A stretch of DNA of 64,000 nt from an uncultured Candidatus Saccharibacteria bacterium (GTDB taxonomy: Bacteria > Patescibacteriota > Minisyncoccia > Phycocordibacterales > DATDWN01). Positions within the stretch are counted from its first letter, which is position 1. Every line of letters begins with the position of its first letter. Of this stretch, positions 34,888-44,909 are shown piece by piece. Both the position numbers and the translations under genes were made by a program. The notes under the pieces were generated by a model that saw nothing but the letters and a program-made list of their open reading frames with translations, had not been told where the DNA came from and searched no databases. The DNA lies in assembly GCA_964391455.1 (NCBI GenBank), contig CAYMJQ010000001.1:15865-79864 (forward strand). The letters run 5' to 3'.

Positions 34888-36582
34888 TTATGAAATTTTC
34901 GGATGTTCGTGGCCGCTTTTTATTCTGTAATTTATTGATTCAATGTGTTTATTTTTTAACTCTTCTCTTTTTTCTGGATTTTTATGTAATGAAATACTTA
35001 TTTCCGCTGCGTATTTACCACCCAGAAAGTGAGGTAAGATTACATAATTTACACCGTTTTGATAATGTTCTAAAGCATCTTGTATTTTGTGAGAGACAAC
35101 CATCACCAAAGCATTTGGATTATTTTCGCGAACTATTTTATTGATTAAAAAATTTGCTTCTGGATCTGGTATTGTGGATACAATAGTCTCTATTTCAGAG
35201 AAATCTAGATTTTGCAAATAATCCAAAGTAGTCGCGTCTCCGTAATCAACATTTAATCCTTTTTCTTCCAATTCTTTTATAATTTCAGGGTTATGATCCA
35301 CAACTAAAAATGGTTTGCCTAATTTTTTAAATTCTTCAATAAAGTCATAACCAACACGATTGCCACCAAAAAGAATTACAGGATATTTGATATTTTTTTC
35401 ATTTTTTTCAAAGGCGTTTTTTCTTTCAAAAATTCCTAGAAACGGAGATAGTATTTTGTAAATATAATCAGAGTGCAAAATAAAGTAAGTAGATACAAAT
35501 ATAGTGATAATTCCAATAAGAGTAGTTAGAGCCAAGGTTTCATTACTTACATGACCATAAGCCACTCCCATAGCGATAAGAATTAGAGAGAATTCACTTA
35601 TTTGAGCAACGGTAAAACCTGTTTGCAAGCTAGTTCTTTTTTTATAACCCAAGACACCCATAATAACCATAAGTATAAGAGGGTTACCGATAAGGACTAA
35701 AAGTGAGAATATTATAGCTTTCGGTAGTTGTTCTCCCAGTATGTCAAAATTCATATGAGAACCTAGTATTATGAAAAATATGACAATGAAAAAGTCTCTT
35801 AAGGGCGCCATTTTTGCACTGATTTCATGTCTGCTTGGTAGTGTAGAAAGAGCTATTCCGGCGATAAGAGCTCCTGTTTCTATAGAAAAACCAGTTAATT
35901 TAAAGATGCTGGCTATCCCCAAACCCCAAACAGTAGCAAACATAAATAATATTTCTATGTCTTTTGCCAAAAATTTATTTAATTTTGGAATTACGTATAA
36001 TCCAAAACTTACTATTGCAGTGATTAAAACAAACCCTCGTGTAATAATGTAAGCAATCTCTTCATAACTAGATTCTCCAATAGATATAAGTGGAATTATA
36101 AATATCAATATTACAGCGATGAAGTCTTGAACCAGCAAAAAACCTATGGAAATTTTTGCATACAAAGTTTCCATATCTCCTTTATCGGAGATAAGTTTCA
36201 TTATTATAATAGTGCTACTGAAAGCTAGAGCTACAGATATGTAAAGTGATGAGACAATATCAAAACCAAGTAGTTGTGCTGTAAAATATCCAGCAAAAGA
36301 CGTGATGACTACTTGACCTAGACCAGTTATGACTGCTACTTTTCCAAATTCACGTATAACTTTTGGACTTAGGTTAAGCCCGACAGTAAAAAGAAGAATA
36401 GCTATTCCTATTTCTGAAAAAAGTTGAAATGTTTCTGTGGAAACTTGTATTGCGACTAAAGGACCTATTATAAGACCGGTTATTATGTGACCGATTATAA
36501 GGGGTTGTTTTAATAAATGCATTATTAATGCAACAACAAACGCAATTCCAATAAGCAAACTAAATTCCGTAAATAAAGTCAT
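34888..36582 (-). CDS. Monovalent cation:proton antiporter-2 (CPA2, KefB-like) with a C-terminal TrkA-N (RCK) domain
   Basis: It has 12-13 TM helices with Na+/H+ exchanger motifs. The C-terminal Rossmann region is VILFGGNRVGYDFIEEF. Confidence 0.8.
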   Translation of the reverse strand: MTLFTEFSLLIGIAFVVALIMHLLKQPLIIGHIITGLIIGPLVAIQVSTETFQLFSEIGIAILLFTVGLNLSPKVIREFGKVAVITGLGQVVITSFAGYFTAQLLGFDIVSSLYISVALAFSSTIIIMKLISDKGDMETLYAKISIGFLLVQDFIAVILIFIIPLISIGESSYEEIAYIITRGFVLITAIVSFGLYVIPKLNKFLAKDIEILFMFATVWGLGIASIFKLTGFSIETGALIAGIALSTLPSRHEISAKMAPLRDFFIVIFFIILGSHMNFDILGEQLPKAIIFSLLVLIGNPLILMVIMGVLGYKKRTSLQTGFTVAQISEFSLILIAMGVAYGHVSNETLALTTLIGIITIFVSTYFILHSDYIYKILSPFLGIFERKNAFEKNEKNIKYPVILFGGNRVGYDFIEEFKKLGKPFLVVDHNPEIIKELEEKGLNVDYGDATTLDYLQNLDFSEIETIVSTIPDPEANFLINKIVRENNPNALVMVVSHKIQDALEHYQNGVNYVILPHFLGGKYAAEISISLHKNPEKREELKNKHIESINYRIKSGHEHPKIS

Positions 36583-36627
36583 GAGATTATTCTATCATTA
36601 GATAAATAAATAAAAATGATATAGAAT

Positions 36628-37731
36628 GTGGACATGTCATTATCCATAGGCATTGTAGGTCTTCCAAACGTGGGGAAATCCACGCTTTTTAATGCATTAA
36701 CAAAAAAAACTGTACCGGCAGAAAATTATCCGTTTTGTACGATTGATCCTTCGGTTGGTATCGTTGCAGTTCCAGATTCTAGACTTTGGGCACTTTCTGA
36801 ATTTTCTAAATCTCAAAAAACTATTCCAGCAGTTATAGAGTTTGTAGATATTGCTGGTTTGGTAAAAGGGGCATCAGAAGGTGAAGGATTGGGAAATAAA
36901 TTTTTATCAAACATAAGAGAGGTAGATGCCATACTGGAAATCGTTAGAATTTTTGAAGATGATAAAGTAATACACGTTCATGGAGGAATTAATCCGCTTT
37001 CTGATATAGAAGTGATTAATTTTGAATTAATTTTGGCAGACACTGAAACTGTTACAAAAAGAATTGGTAATTTAAGTAGGGAAGTAAAACAAGGCAAAAA
37101 AGAATCAGTTTTTGAAAATACAGTTTTGGAAAAAGTTTTAAAACATCTTAAAGAGGGTAAGTTGGTTAATGGTTTAGAATTAGATGAAAAAGAAAGATTG
37201 ACTGTAAAAATGCTAAATCTTCTTACTTTCAAACCTATAATGTATGGTTTAAACAAAAAAGCCGGAGGGAAAAATTTAGACGAGATGAATGACGAAAGAT
37301 ATACTAGTTTGTTAAACTTTTTCAAAGAAAATAAAAATGAATATGTGATTATTGATGCAAATATTGAAAATGAATTAAAAGATTTAGATGGTGAGGAAAA
37401 GGAAGTGTTTAGAAATGAACTTGGAGGAAAGGATGATGGTATAGATAGTCTTATAAAAGCAGGGTATAAATTACTCAATCTAATAACTTATTTTACAACA
37501 GGAGAAGATGAGACCCGAGCATGGACTATACAAAAAGGATGGACAGCTCCTTTAGCTGGAACAGCAATTCACACAGATTTTAAAGATAAATTTATAAGGG
37601 CTGAAGTGGTACATTGTAGTGATTTACTATCAGCTGGTTCTTATTCATCTGCTCGTGAAAAAGGTTTAGTTAGGACAGAAGGTAAGGAGTATATAGTTAA
37701 AGACGGCGACGTTATAGAATTCAAAATTTGA
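36628..37731 (+). CDS. ychF: Redox-regulated ribosome-binding ATPase YchF (Obg-like ATPase)
   Basis: GIVGLPNVGKSTLFNALT G1 motif, a coiled-coil insert and a C-terminal TGS domain are present. Confidence 0.9.
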   Translation: MDMSLSIGIVGLPNVGKSTLFNALTKKTVPAENYPFCTIDPSVGIVAVPDSRLWALSEFSKSQKTIPAVIEFVDIAGLVKGASEGEGLGNKFLSNIREVDAILEIVRIFEDDKVIHVHGGINPLSDIEVINFELILADTETVTKRIGNLSREVKQGKKESVFENTVLEKVLKHLKEGKLVNGLELDEKERLTVKMLNLLTFKPIMYGLNKKAGGKNLDEMNDERYTSLLNFFKENKNEYVIIDANIENELKDLDGEEKEVFRNELGGKDDGIDSLIKAGYKLLNLITYFTTGEDETRAWTIQKGWTAPLAGTAIHTDFKDKFIRAEVVHCSDLLSAGSYSSAREKGLVRTEGKEYIVKDGDVIEFKI

Positions 37732-37896
37732 CGAACTTCTTTGTTGGACTTCAATAAAATAAAGCTCACCTTATACTTATAAGCCTCGGTTTATTTTTCT
37801 TGTCCGCCTCGAATTTCATTCAAATTATTAATTCTATATTCGATTGAATTCAAAATTTGATTATAATATGCTAGTCTATTTTAGGAGGGGAAGTTT

Positions 37897-38265
37897 ATGA
37901 TTGAAAAAATTAACGCCTTTGCCGATGTTTTGATTCGAAACAGAGGCAACACAACTGTTGCATGTAGAGCTAAACTCCTAGGAGTTTCAGTTTCTGCGGT
38001 AAACAATTGGGAGGGTCTTCGGGATATTACTACCCTCCCTAAAGAAGAAAAACTTCAGATGATTTCGGAAGTATACAAAGTCGATATTGGTGAGCTTCGC
38101 AATGCATGGGAAGCTTCCAAGAACGCGATGGAGTGTGTGCTTCAAGCAAAAAGAAACAGGGTGGTAAAATCATCAAACAGCGCTGCACTTTCAGGGAGCA
38201 TTGCCAAAACCCGTGATCTAGCCAGGACCAATTTTAATGTTGGATTCCGATCACGGTACAGCTAG
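37897..38265 (+). CDS. XRE-family helix-turn-helix DNA-binding protein
   Basis: The HTH ACRAKLLGVSVSAVNNWEG is Cro/cI-like. It has a strong SD (AGGAGGGG), moderately elevated GC, and a terminator at 38281-38320. Confidence 0.45.
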   Translation: MIEKINAFADVLIRNRGNTTVACRAKLLGVSVSAVNNWEGLRDITTLPKEEKLQMISEVYKVDIGELRNAWEASKNAMECVLQAKRNRVVKSSNSAALSGSIAKTRDLARTNFNVGFRSRYS

Positions 38266-38373
38266 ATTTTTTCTACATCAAGAACCAGCCGGCACACTAA
38301 GTGCCGGCTTTGTTCTTTTAAAAATATTGATTAAATATGATTTTTAATATAAGAAATACTCGGAGGTCTCAGT

Positions 38374-38568
38374 ATGAGGTACATTGGGTATTGGGATTAT
38401 GGTTACTATTATGTGTATTCCCCAGAGGATCCAAATGTGATTGGTAAAGGTTACGATGATAAATCTGCACTCGGAGATTTGATGATAAAAAAAGGAGCTG
38501 TAGTCTCTGAAAGAGATGAATATAAACCAGTTGGATCACTTCAAATCGAAAGAAGTGTGAAGAACTGA
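38374..38568 (+). CDS. Small Tyr/Gly-rich hypothetical protein (64 aa)
   Basis: GGAGG SD sits 7 nt upstream. It is a self-contained unit between two intrinsic terminators (38281-38320 and 38575-38612). Confidence 0.3.
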   Translation: MRYIGYWDYGYYYVYSPEDPNVIGKGYDDKSALGDLMIKKGAVVSERDEYKPVGSLQIERSVKN

Positions 38569-38632
38569 ACATGACCCCATCTATATCTGTGTATATAGGT
38601 GGGGTTTTGATTTTATGGTATAATACGAGAAT

Positions 38633-39031
38633 ATGAAAAAGGGATATAAAAATAATATAGAAAAATTAACAGAAGAAAATAATAGTTTTAGAAAAGTTCT
38701 TTATACAGGAGAGCAAAGTCAACTAGTTTTAATGTCTCTTCTTCCCGGTGAAGACATAGGCAGTGAAGTTCATCCAGATAATGATCAGTTTTTTAGATTT
38801 GAAGATGGTGTTGGAAAAGTTGTTATAAATGATACAGAATATGAGGTATCTGATGGAGACGCTGTGGTGGTACCTAAAGGCGCTACTCATAATGTAATTA
38901 ATACAGGAGAAGAACGTCTAAGATTCTACACTATATACAGTCCAGCTCATCACAAAGATGGTATAGAAAGAGTGACAAAACAAGAAGCAATGGATAACGA
39001 AGCTGATTTTGATGGTGTAACAACTGAATAA
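38633..39031 (+). CDS. Cupin-domain protein
   Basis: The GSEVHPDNDQFFRFEDGVGKVVINDTEYEVSDGDAVVVPKGATHNVINTG motifs are typical of a cupin-2 barrel. Confidence 0.7.
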   Translation: MKKGYKNNIEKLTEENNSFRKVLYTGEQSQLVLMSLLPGEDIGSEVHPDNDQFFRFEDGVGKVVINDTEYEVSDGDAVVVPKGATHNVINTGEERLRFYTIYSPAHHKDGIERVTKQEAMDNEADFDGVTTE

Positions 39032-39051
39032 TTAAAATTAATTAAAATTTT

Positions 39052-39957
39052 ATGGAAGAATTAAAACAGAATAAAATAAGAGATATCTTTATAAATCTAG
39101 GTGCTACAATTTCTCTATATATACTTGTGGGAAGTCTTGTTTCACTTTTGTTTTCTGTTATAAACAGTGCTTATCCTCAAATTACAAATGGTTATAATTA
39201 TTATTCAAGCACTTCTATTTCTTGGCCAGTAGCTATACTTGTGATATTTTTCCCAATATTTATTTCTCTAATGTGGCTTTTAGGTAAAGAATATTCCAAT
39301 CAACAAAATGTAAGTCAGATACATAAATTTTTGACATATCTTACTTTGTTTATAGCTGGGCTTATTTTGGCGGGTAATTTTATAACAGTTTTATATTACT
39401 TCATAGACGGCCAAGAACTCACTACAGCTTTTCTTTTGAAGGTGCTTTCTCTTTTAGTTATTACAGGTAGTGTATTTGCTTACTATATTTCTGATATAAG
39501 AGGAACACTTACACCTAAGAGTAGAAATATGTGGCGTATTTTTGCTCTTGTTCTTGTTTTAGGTTCAATAATTTGGGGATTTTCTGTTTTGGGTTCACCA
39601 AGAACACAAAGGTTATATAAAGAAGATTCTAGAAAAATAAATGATCTTCAAATGATGAAAAGTCAGGTAGAATATTATTATTCTATAAATTCAAAACTTC
39701 CTGAGAATCTGGATGATATAAAGTCTATCAGTTATAGCCGGTCAGACTTTTTGGATCCTCAAACAAAAACTCCTTATGGTTATGAAAAGACAGGTGATTT
39801 AACTTACAAAGTATGTGCAAACTTCAATATGAATTCTGTGGAAACTAGAGCAGGAATGTCTTACCCGTATTACGAAGGGATGTGGTCACACCCAGAAGGT
39901 TATCACTGTTTTGATCAGAAAATAGATACCAACTTATATCCTAAACCAAGAATCTAA
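39052..39957 (+). CDS. Polytopic membrane protein with a C-terminal type IV pilin-like / pseudopilin-like globular domain
   Basis: It has five N-terminal TM helices. The C-terminal ...DSRKINDLQMMKSQVEYYYSINSKLPENLDDI resembles the DxxRxxDL...YY..N..P pattern of pilin globular domains. A terminator lies at 39961-39988. Confidence 0.35.
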   Translation: MEELKQNKIRDIFINLGATISLYILVGSLVSLLFSVINSAYPQITNGYNYYSSTSISWPVAILVIFFPIFISLMWLLGKEYSNQQNVSQIHKFLTYLTLFIAGLILAGNFITVLYYFIDGQELTTAFLLKVLSLLVITGSVFAYYISDIRGTLTPKSRNMWRIFALVLVLGSIIWGFSVLGSPRTQRLYKEDSRKINDLQMMKSQVEYYYSINSKLPENLDDIKSISYSRSDFLDPQTKTPYGYEKTGDLTYKVCANFNMNSVETRAGMSYPYYEGMWSHPEGYHCFDQKIDTNLYPKPRI

Positions 39958-40021
39958 ACAAAAACCCCGACTTAAATCGGGGGTTTTTGAAAACTTAATT
40001 GTTTTTTGTTACGATGTTTAA

Positions 40022-42394
40022 ATGATTAAAGTAATCAAGAAAGATTATAACCATCTGGAAGTTGAAAAAAGGTGGCAGAAAGAGTGGAACAAAAAGAAAG
40101 CATTTAGAACAGAAGATAAATCTAGAAAGAAAAAATTTTACGTTTTGGATATGTTTCCTTATCCAAGTGGAGAAGGCCTTCATGTTGGTCATCCAAAAGG
40201 TTATATAGCGACAGATATCATATCTAGAATGAAAAGAATGCAGGGCTTTAATGTGCTTCACCCTATGGGATTTGATGCTTTTGGTTTACCTGCCGAAAAT
40301 TATGCTATTAAAACAGGCACCAACCCTGCTGTTTCTGTATCAAAAAATGTAGCTAATTTTAAAAAACAATTAGAAAAAATTGGCTTGGACTATGACTGGT
40401 CAAGAGAAATAAATACTACAGATCCTAATTTTTACAAATGGACACAGTGGATATTTTTAAAACTTTTTGAAAAAGGTTTAGCCTATGAATCTAATGAGCC
40501 CGTAAACTGGTGCCCTGTTGATAAAACTGTTTTAGCAAATGAAGACGTAGAAGGTGGTAAGTGCGAAAGATGTGGTGCAACTGTTATAAAAAAGCCAATA
40601 AGACAATGGGTTTTAAAAATAACAGACTATGCTGATAGACTTTTATCTGATTTAAATGATTTAGATTGGCCAGAATCAATAAAAGAAAGTCAAAGAAATT
40701 GGATAGGTAAATCCGTTGGAGCAGAAATAGATTTTGATGTTTGGAGAACAAGTGAAAAAATAAAAGTTTTTACAACTAGAGCTGATACTATTTTTGGGGC
40801 GACATATGTTGTGGTTTCTCCAGAGCATGAGGTTATAGAAAAATTATGGCCTTTAGTTGAGAATAAAGAAGAAATCAAACAATATGCTTTGGAAATAAAA
40901 AATAAAACAGAAGTAGATAGAACAAGAGATGATAGAGAAAAAACTGGAGTTCAACTCAAAGGAGTTCATGCAGTTAATCCAGCTACAGAAGAAAAAATAC
41001 CTATCTGGATAGCCGACTATGTTCTATCTACTTATGGAACAGGTGCAATTATGGCAGTTCCTGCTCATGATGATAGAGATAACGATTTTGCAAAAAAGTA
41101 TAATCTTCCAATAAAAGAAGTTGTTAGAGATGATATTTTGATAAATTCAGCAAATTTTACAGGATATCATACTGAAAAAGCCAGATTTGAAATTACCAGA
41201 TTTGTTAAAGGTAAGTTTGTTACTAAATATAAACTTAGAGACTGGGTGTTTAGTAGGCAAAGATATTGGGGTGAACCAATTCCTGTTTTAAGAACAAAAG
41301 ATGGCAGTGTAATACCTGTTAAGGAAAAAGATCTTCCTGTAAAGCTTCCAAAAGTAAAATCTTATGAACCAACTGGTGAAGCTGAATCTCCTTTAGCAAA
41401 TATTTCTTCTTTTATGAACGTAAAAATTGGAAAGGAGGTTTATAAAAGAGAAAGTAACACCATGCCTCAATGGGCAGGATCTTCTTGGTACTACTTAAGA
41501 TATATGGACCCAAAAAATAAGAAAAATCTTGTTGATAAAAAACGAGAAAAATACTGGAATATGGTTGATATTTATGTAGGTGGAGCAGAACATGCTACAA
41601 GACATCTAATTTACGCAAGGTTTTGGCATAAATTTCTTTATGATATAGGGGTTGTTTCAACAAAAGAACCGTTTAAGAGATTACAAAATGTCGGGCTTAT
41701 AATAGCTTCTGATGGAAGAAAAATGAGTAAAAGATTTGGAAATATAATAAATCCGGATGAAATAATAAAACATTATGGGGCTGATGCATTACGCATGTAC
41801 GAAATGTTTATGGGTCCATTTGAACAATCTGTAAACTGGAACGAAGATAATATTTTTGGAGTAAGAAGGTTTTTGGAAAGAATTTGGAGAGTTTCGGATA
41901 AAATAAGTAGTAAAAAAGTTAAGATTGATTCTAAATTTCAAATTCTCCTAAATAAAACTGTTAAAAAAGTTACAGAAGATATAGAAAATATGTCTTTCAA
42001 TACTTCTGTTTCGGCTATGATGATTTTGCTAAATGAAATGGAAAGACTAGAAGAAATTTCCAAGAAGGATTTTGAGATATTTCTAAAAATATTGTCTCCA
42101 TTTGCTCCACACATAACTGAAGAAATTTGGAGAAATCTTGGTAATAAAAAATTACTATGTTTAGAAAAATGGCCAAAAGCAGATCCTAAAAAATTAGAAG
42201 AACTAGAAGTAAAAATCGCCATACAAGTAAATGGAAAAGTGCGAGACGAAATGGTTATAAGCTTTGAAGAGAATGAGGAAGATATAGTAAATAGGTCAAA
42301 ATCACTTCCTTCTATAAACAAATGGCTATTGGGTAAAGAAATAATTAAAGTGGTTTTTGTTAAAAACAGACTGGTGAATTTTGTGGTTAACTAG
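40022..42394 (+). CDS. leuS: Leucyl-tRNA synthetase
   Basis: HVGHPKGY (HIGH), KMSKRFGN (KMSKS), the CP1 editing domain and Zn motifs are present. Confidence 0.95.
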   Translation: MIKVIKKDYNHLEVEKRWQKEWNKKKAFRTEDKSRKKKFYVLDMFPYPSGEGLHVGHPKGYIATDIISRMKRMQGFNVLHPMGFDAFGLPAENYAIKTGTNPAVSVSKNVANFKKQLEKIGLDYDWSREINTTDPNFYKWTQWIFLKLFEKGLAYESNEPVNWCPVDKTVLANEDVEGGKCERCGATVIKKPIRQWVLKITDYADRLLSDLNDLDWPESIKESQRNWIGKSVGAEIDFDVWRTSEKIKVFTTRADTIFGATYVVVSPEHEVIEKLWPLVENKEEIKQYALEIKNKTEVDRTRDDREKTGVQLKGVHAVNPATEEKIPIWIADYVLSTYGTGAIMAVPAHDDRDNDFAKKYNLPIKEVVRDDILINSANFTGYHTEKARFEITRFVKGKFVTKYKLRDWVFSRQRYWGEPIPVLRTKDGSVIPVKEKDLPVKLPKVKSYEPTGEAESPLANISSFMNVKIGKEVYKRESNTMPQWAGSSWYYLRYMDPKNKKNLVDKKREKYWNMVDIYVGGAEHATRHLIYARFWHKFLYDIGVVSTKEPFKRLQNVGLIIASDGRKMSKRFGNIINPDEIIKHYGADALRMYEMFMGPFEQSVNWNEDNIFGVRRFLERIWRVSDKISSKKVKIDSKFQILLNKTVKKVTEDIENMSFNTSVSAMMILLNEMERLEEISKKDFEIFLKILSPFAPHITEEIWRNLGNKKLLCLEKWPKADPKKLEELEVKIAIQVNGKVRDEMVISFEENEEDIVNRSKSLPSINKWLLGKEIIKVVFVKNRLVNFVVN

Positions 42395-42523
42395 ATAATT
42401 TGTCATATTTTAAACAAAAAATATGACAATTAGGTCAAGACTTGACTTAAACTAACTATAGTGATACAAATATACTTATATTAAGTCCTTACAAACTTAC
42501 ATAAAAGACTTTTTATTAAAAAC

Positions 42524-43561
42524 ATGAGTGAAAAAACAATAATAAAATTCAAACCTAAACAAGTGGTCAAAAAATTACTTTCTGTTGTTGGTGATAGAGC
42601 TAAAGATGTGCTCACATCTAGATTTGGACTAGGTTCCGATACAAAAAGAATGACTCTTGAAGCCATAGGTAAAAAATACAAAATTACCAGAGAGAGAGTG
42701 CGACAAATTGAAAACTACTCAATTATAAACATAAGAAAATCAAAAGAATACGCAAAAGAGAAGGAAGCTTTTGATGAATTATTAAAACTGATAACAGAGA
42801 TGGGGTCTACTGTTTCTGAAGATCATCTTTTAAAACATATATCTAAAGATAAATCTATTCAAAATCATGTTCATTTTCTATTGGTAATAGGAGAGAGTTT
42901 TGTAAAAGAAAAAGAAGATCCTGAATTTAAGCATAGATGGTCAGTAGATAAAGAACTGTCCAAGAAAATTCACTCATCTCTTAAAGAGTTATATTCTTCT
43001 ATTTCAGACGACGAGATTCTTTTAGAATCAGATATGATAGAAAAGTTTTTGAATAATATAAAGGATGTTTCTGAAAAATATAAAAATGAAGAGATAGCAA
43101 GAAGATGGCTTGCTTTATCAAAATTAATTGATAAAAACCCTCTTGGAGAGTGGGGTAAAACAACTTCACCAAATATTAATGCTAAGGGTATGAGAGACTA
43201 TGCTTATCTAGTGATAAGAAGACATGGATCACCTATACACTTTAGAGAAGTAGCGAAACTTATAACAGAATTATTTAATAAAAAAGCACACGTCGCTACA
43301 ACACATAACGAACTAATAAAAGATCCTCGCTTTGTTTTGGTTGGTAGGGGACTTTATGCGCTTTCTGAATGGGGTTATATGAGTGGAGTTGTAAGAGATG
43401 TTATAAGAGGTATTTTGGAAAAAAATGGTCCACTTACAAAAGAAGAGATAATAAACAAGGTTCTTAAAGAAAGATATGTGAAAGAAAATACTATAATGGT
43501 GAATCTTCAGAATCCAAAATTCTTTAAAAAATCAAAAGATGGTAGATATAGTATAGTTTAA
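42524..43561 (+). CDS. Protein with an N-terminal sigma-70 region-4-like HTH and an uncharacterised C-terminal 250 aa
   Basis: LTSRFGLGSDTKRMTLEAIGKKYKITRERVRQIENYSI closely resembles sigma-70 region 4.2. Regions 2 and 3 are absent. Confidence 0.4.
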   Translation: MSEKTIIKFKPKQVVKKLLSVVGDRAKDVLTSRFGLGSDTKRMTLEAIGKKYKITRERVRQIENYSIINIRKSKEYAKEKEAFDELLKLITEMGSTVSEDHLLKHISKDKSIQNHVHFLLVIGESFVKEKEDPEFKHRWSVDKELSKKIHSSLKELYSSISDDEILLESDMIEKFLNNIKDVSEKYKNEEIARRWLALSKLIDKNPLGEWGKTTSPNINAKGMRDYAYLVIRRHGSPIHFREVAKLITELFNKKAHVATTHNELIKDPRFVLVGRGLYALSEWGYMSGVVRDVIRGILEKNGPLTKEEIINKVLKERYVKENTIMVNLQNPKFFKKSKDGRYSIV

Positions 43562-43569
43562 AAGTTTAA

Positions 43570-43600
43570 AAAACCACCCCTTAATTTGGGGTGGTTTTTT
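43570..43600. terminator. Perfect bidirectional intrinsic terminator (AAAACCACCCC-TTAATTT-GGGGTGGTTTTTT)
   Basis: Read directly. Confidence 0.7.
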
Positions 43601-43626
43601 AAAATTAATAAGATATAATTAGTTTT

Positions 43627-44880
43627 ATGATAGATTTTTTCATTGATCTTTTTACTGATCCAATGTTTTTGTCTGTGTTTAGGATATTATTTGAAACTGC
43701 TTTTATATGGTTTCCTATATTGTGTTTATTTATAGCTTGGGAGCTTTGGGTAAGGTATGTACAAGCTATATTTTTTTCGAAACAAAAATATGTATTGCTT
43801 GAGATAAAAGTTCCTAGAGAAGTTTTTAAGTCACCTCAAGCTGCAGAATTTTTTATAAACAGCCTTAGTCAAACTGGCGGTGAATCCAACTGGTATGAAA
43901 AATACTGGAAGGGACAAGTTAGATCTTGGTTTTCTCTTGAAATTACATCCATAAACGGTGCAGTACATTTTTTTATTTGGACAAAAGTCGGACATAAAGC
44001 AGTTATAGAAGCAAACCTATATTCACAATATCCTGGAATAGAGGTATATGAGACTGAAGATTACACTTTACCAGTATCATATAATCCTGAAATAAATACT
44101 GTCTGGGCAACTGAATTTGATTTAACTAAACCAGATGTTTTTCCAATAAAAACATATATTGATTATGGATTAGAAAAAAACCCGGAAGAAGAATATAAAA
44201 TAGATCCACTAACTCCTCTTATAGAATTTTTGGGATCTATACCAAGAGATCAACAAGTATGGATACAGATACTCGTTAGGGCTCACAAAGAAGAAAACAA
44301 AGATCCTGTAACTGGAAAACTAGTTGATTTACGTTGGGCAAAAGCAGCTCAGACAGAAATAGATAAAATTATATCTAGTGCAAAAGGAGAAAAAGATAAA
44401 GAAGGAAAATTGGTTCCTGGAACAGGAAGACAACTAACTGATGTTGAGAAAGAAACCATAAATGCATTAGGTAGAAGTATTTCTAAAAAAGGCTTTGATG
44501 TCGGTATGAGAGCGGTGTACATAACCCCGAAAGATTCGTTTAACCCAAGTAATATTGGTGGCATAATTGGAGGTATTACTCACTTTAATTCAAGTTTAAA
44601 TGGTTTTAAACCAGCGAGAGGATCTTCTGATAAATACAGTTTCTTTCTGCTTGCCTGGAAAGATAGAAGTCAGAAAAAGAAACATGAAGAAAAGGCTGAT
44701 TTATTAGATAAGTACAAAAGAAGAGCTTATTTTCATAAACCGTTCAAAAGTCCTCATTTCGTCTTGAATTCAGAAGAATTAGCAACAATATTTCATTTTC
44801 CTGGAGGAGTTTCAGTTACCCCAACATTCTCTAGAATTGAATCTAAAAAAGCAGAGGCTCCAAGCAATCTTCCTGTTTAA
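43627..44880 (+). CDS. Hypothetical membrane-anchored protein (417 aa)
   Basis: It has two N-terminal TM helices and a large soluble domain with no recognisable motif. Confidence 0.35.
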   Translation: MIDFFIDLFTDPMFLSVFRILFETAFIWFPILCLFIAWELWVRYVQAIFFSKQKYVLLEIKVPREVFKSPQAAEFFINSLSQTGGESNWYEKYWKGQVRSWFSLEITSINGAVHFFIWTKVGHKAVIEANLYSQYPGIEVYETEDYTLPVSYNPEINTVWATEFDLTKPDVFPIKTYIDYGLEKNPEEEYKIDPLTPLIEFLGSIPRDQQVWIQILVRAHKEENKDPVTGKLVDLRWAKAAQTEIDKIISSAKGEKDKEGKLVPGTGRQLTDVEKETINALGRSISKKGFDVGMRAVYITPKDSFNPSNIGGIIGGITHFNSSLNGFKPARGSSDKYSFFLLAWKDRSQKKKHEEKADLLDKYKRRAYFHKPFKSPHFVLNSEELATIFHFPGGVSVTPTFSRIESKKAEAPSNLPV

Positions 44881-44909
44881 ATGAAGCTACTAAAAAATCA
44901 AAATTTAAA

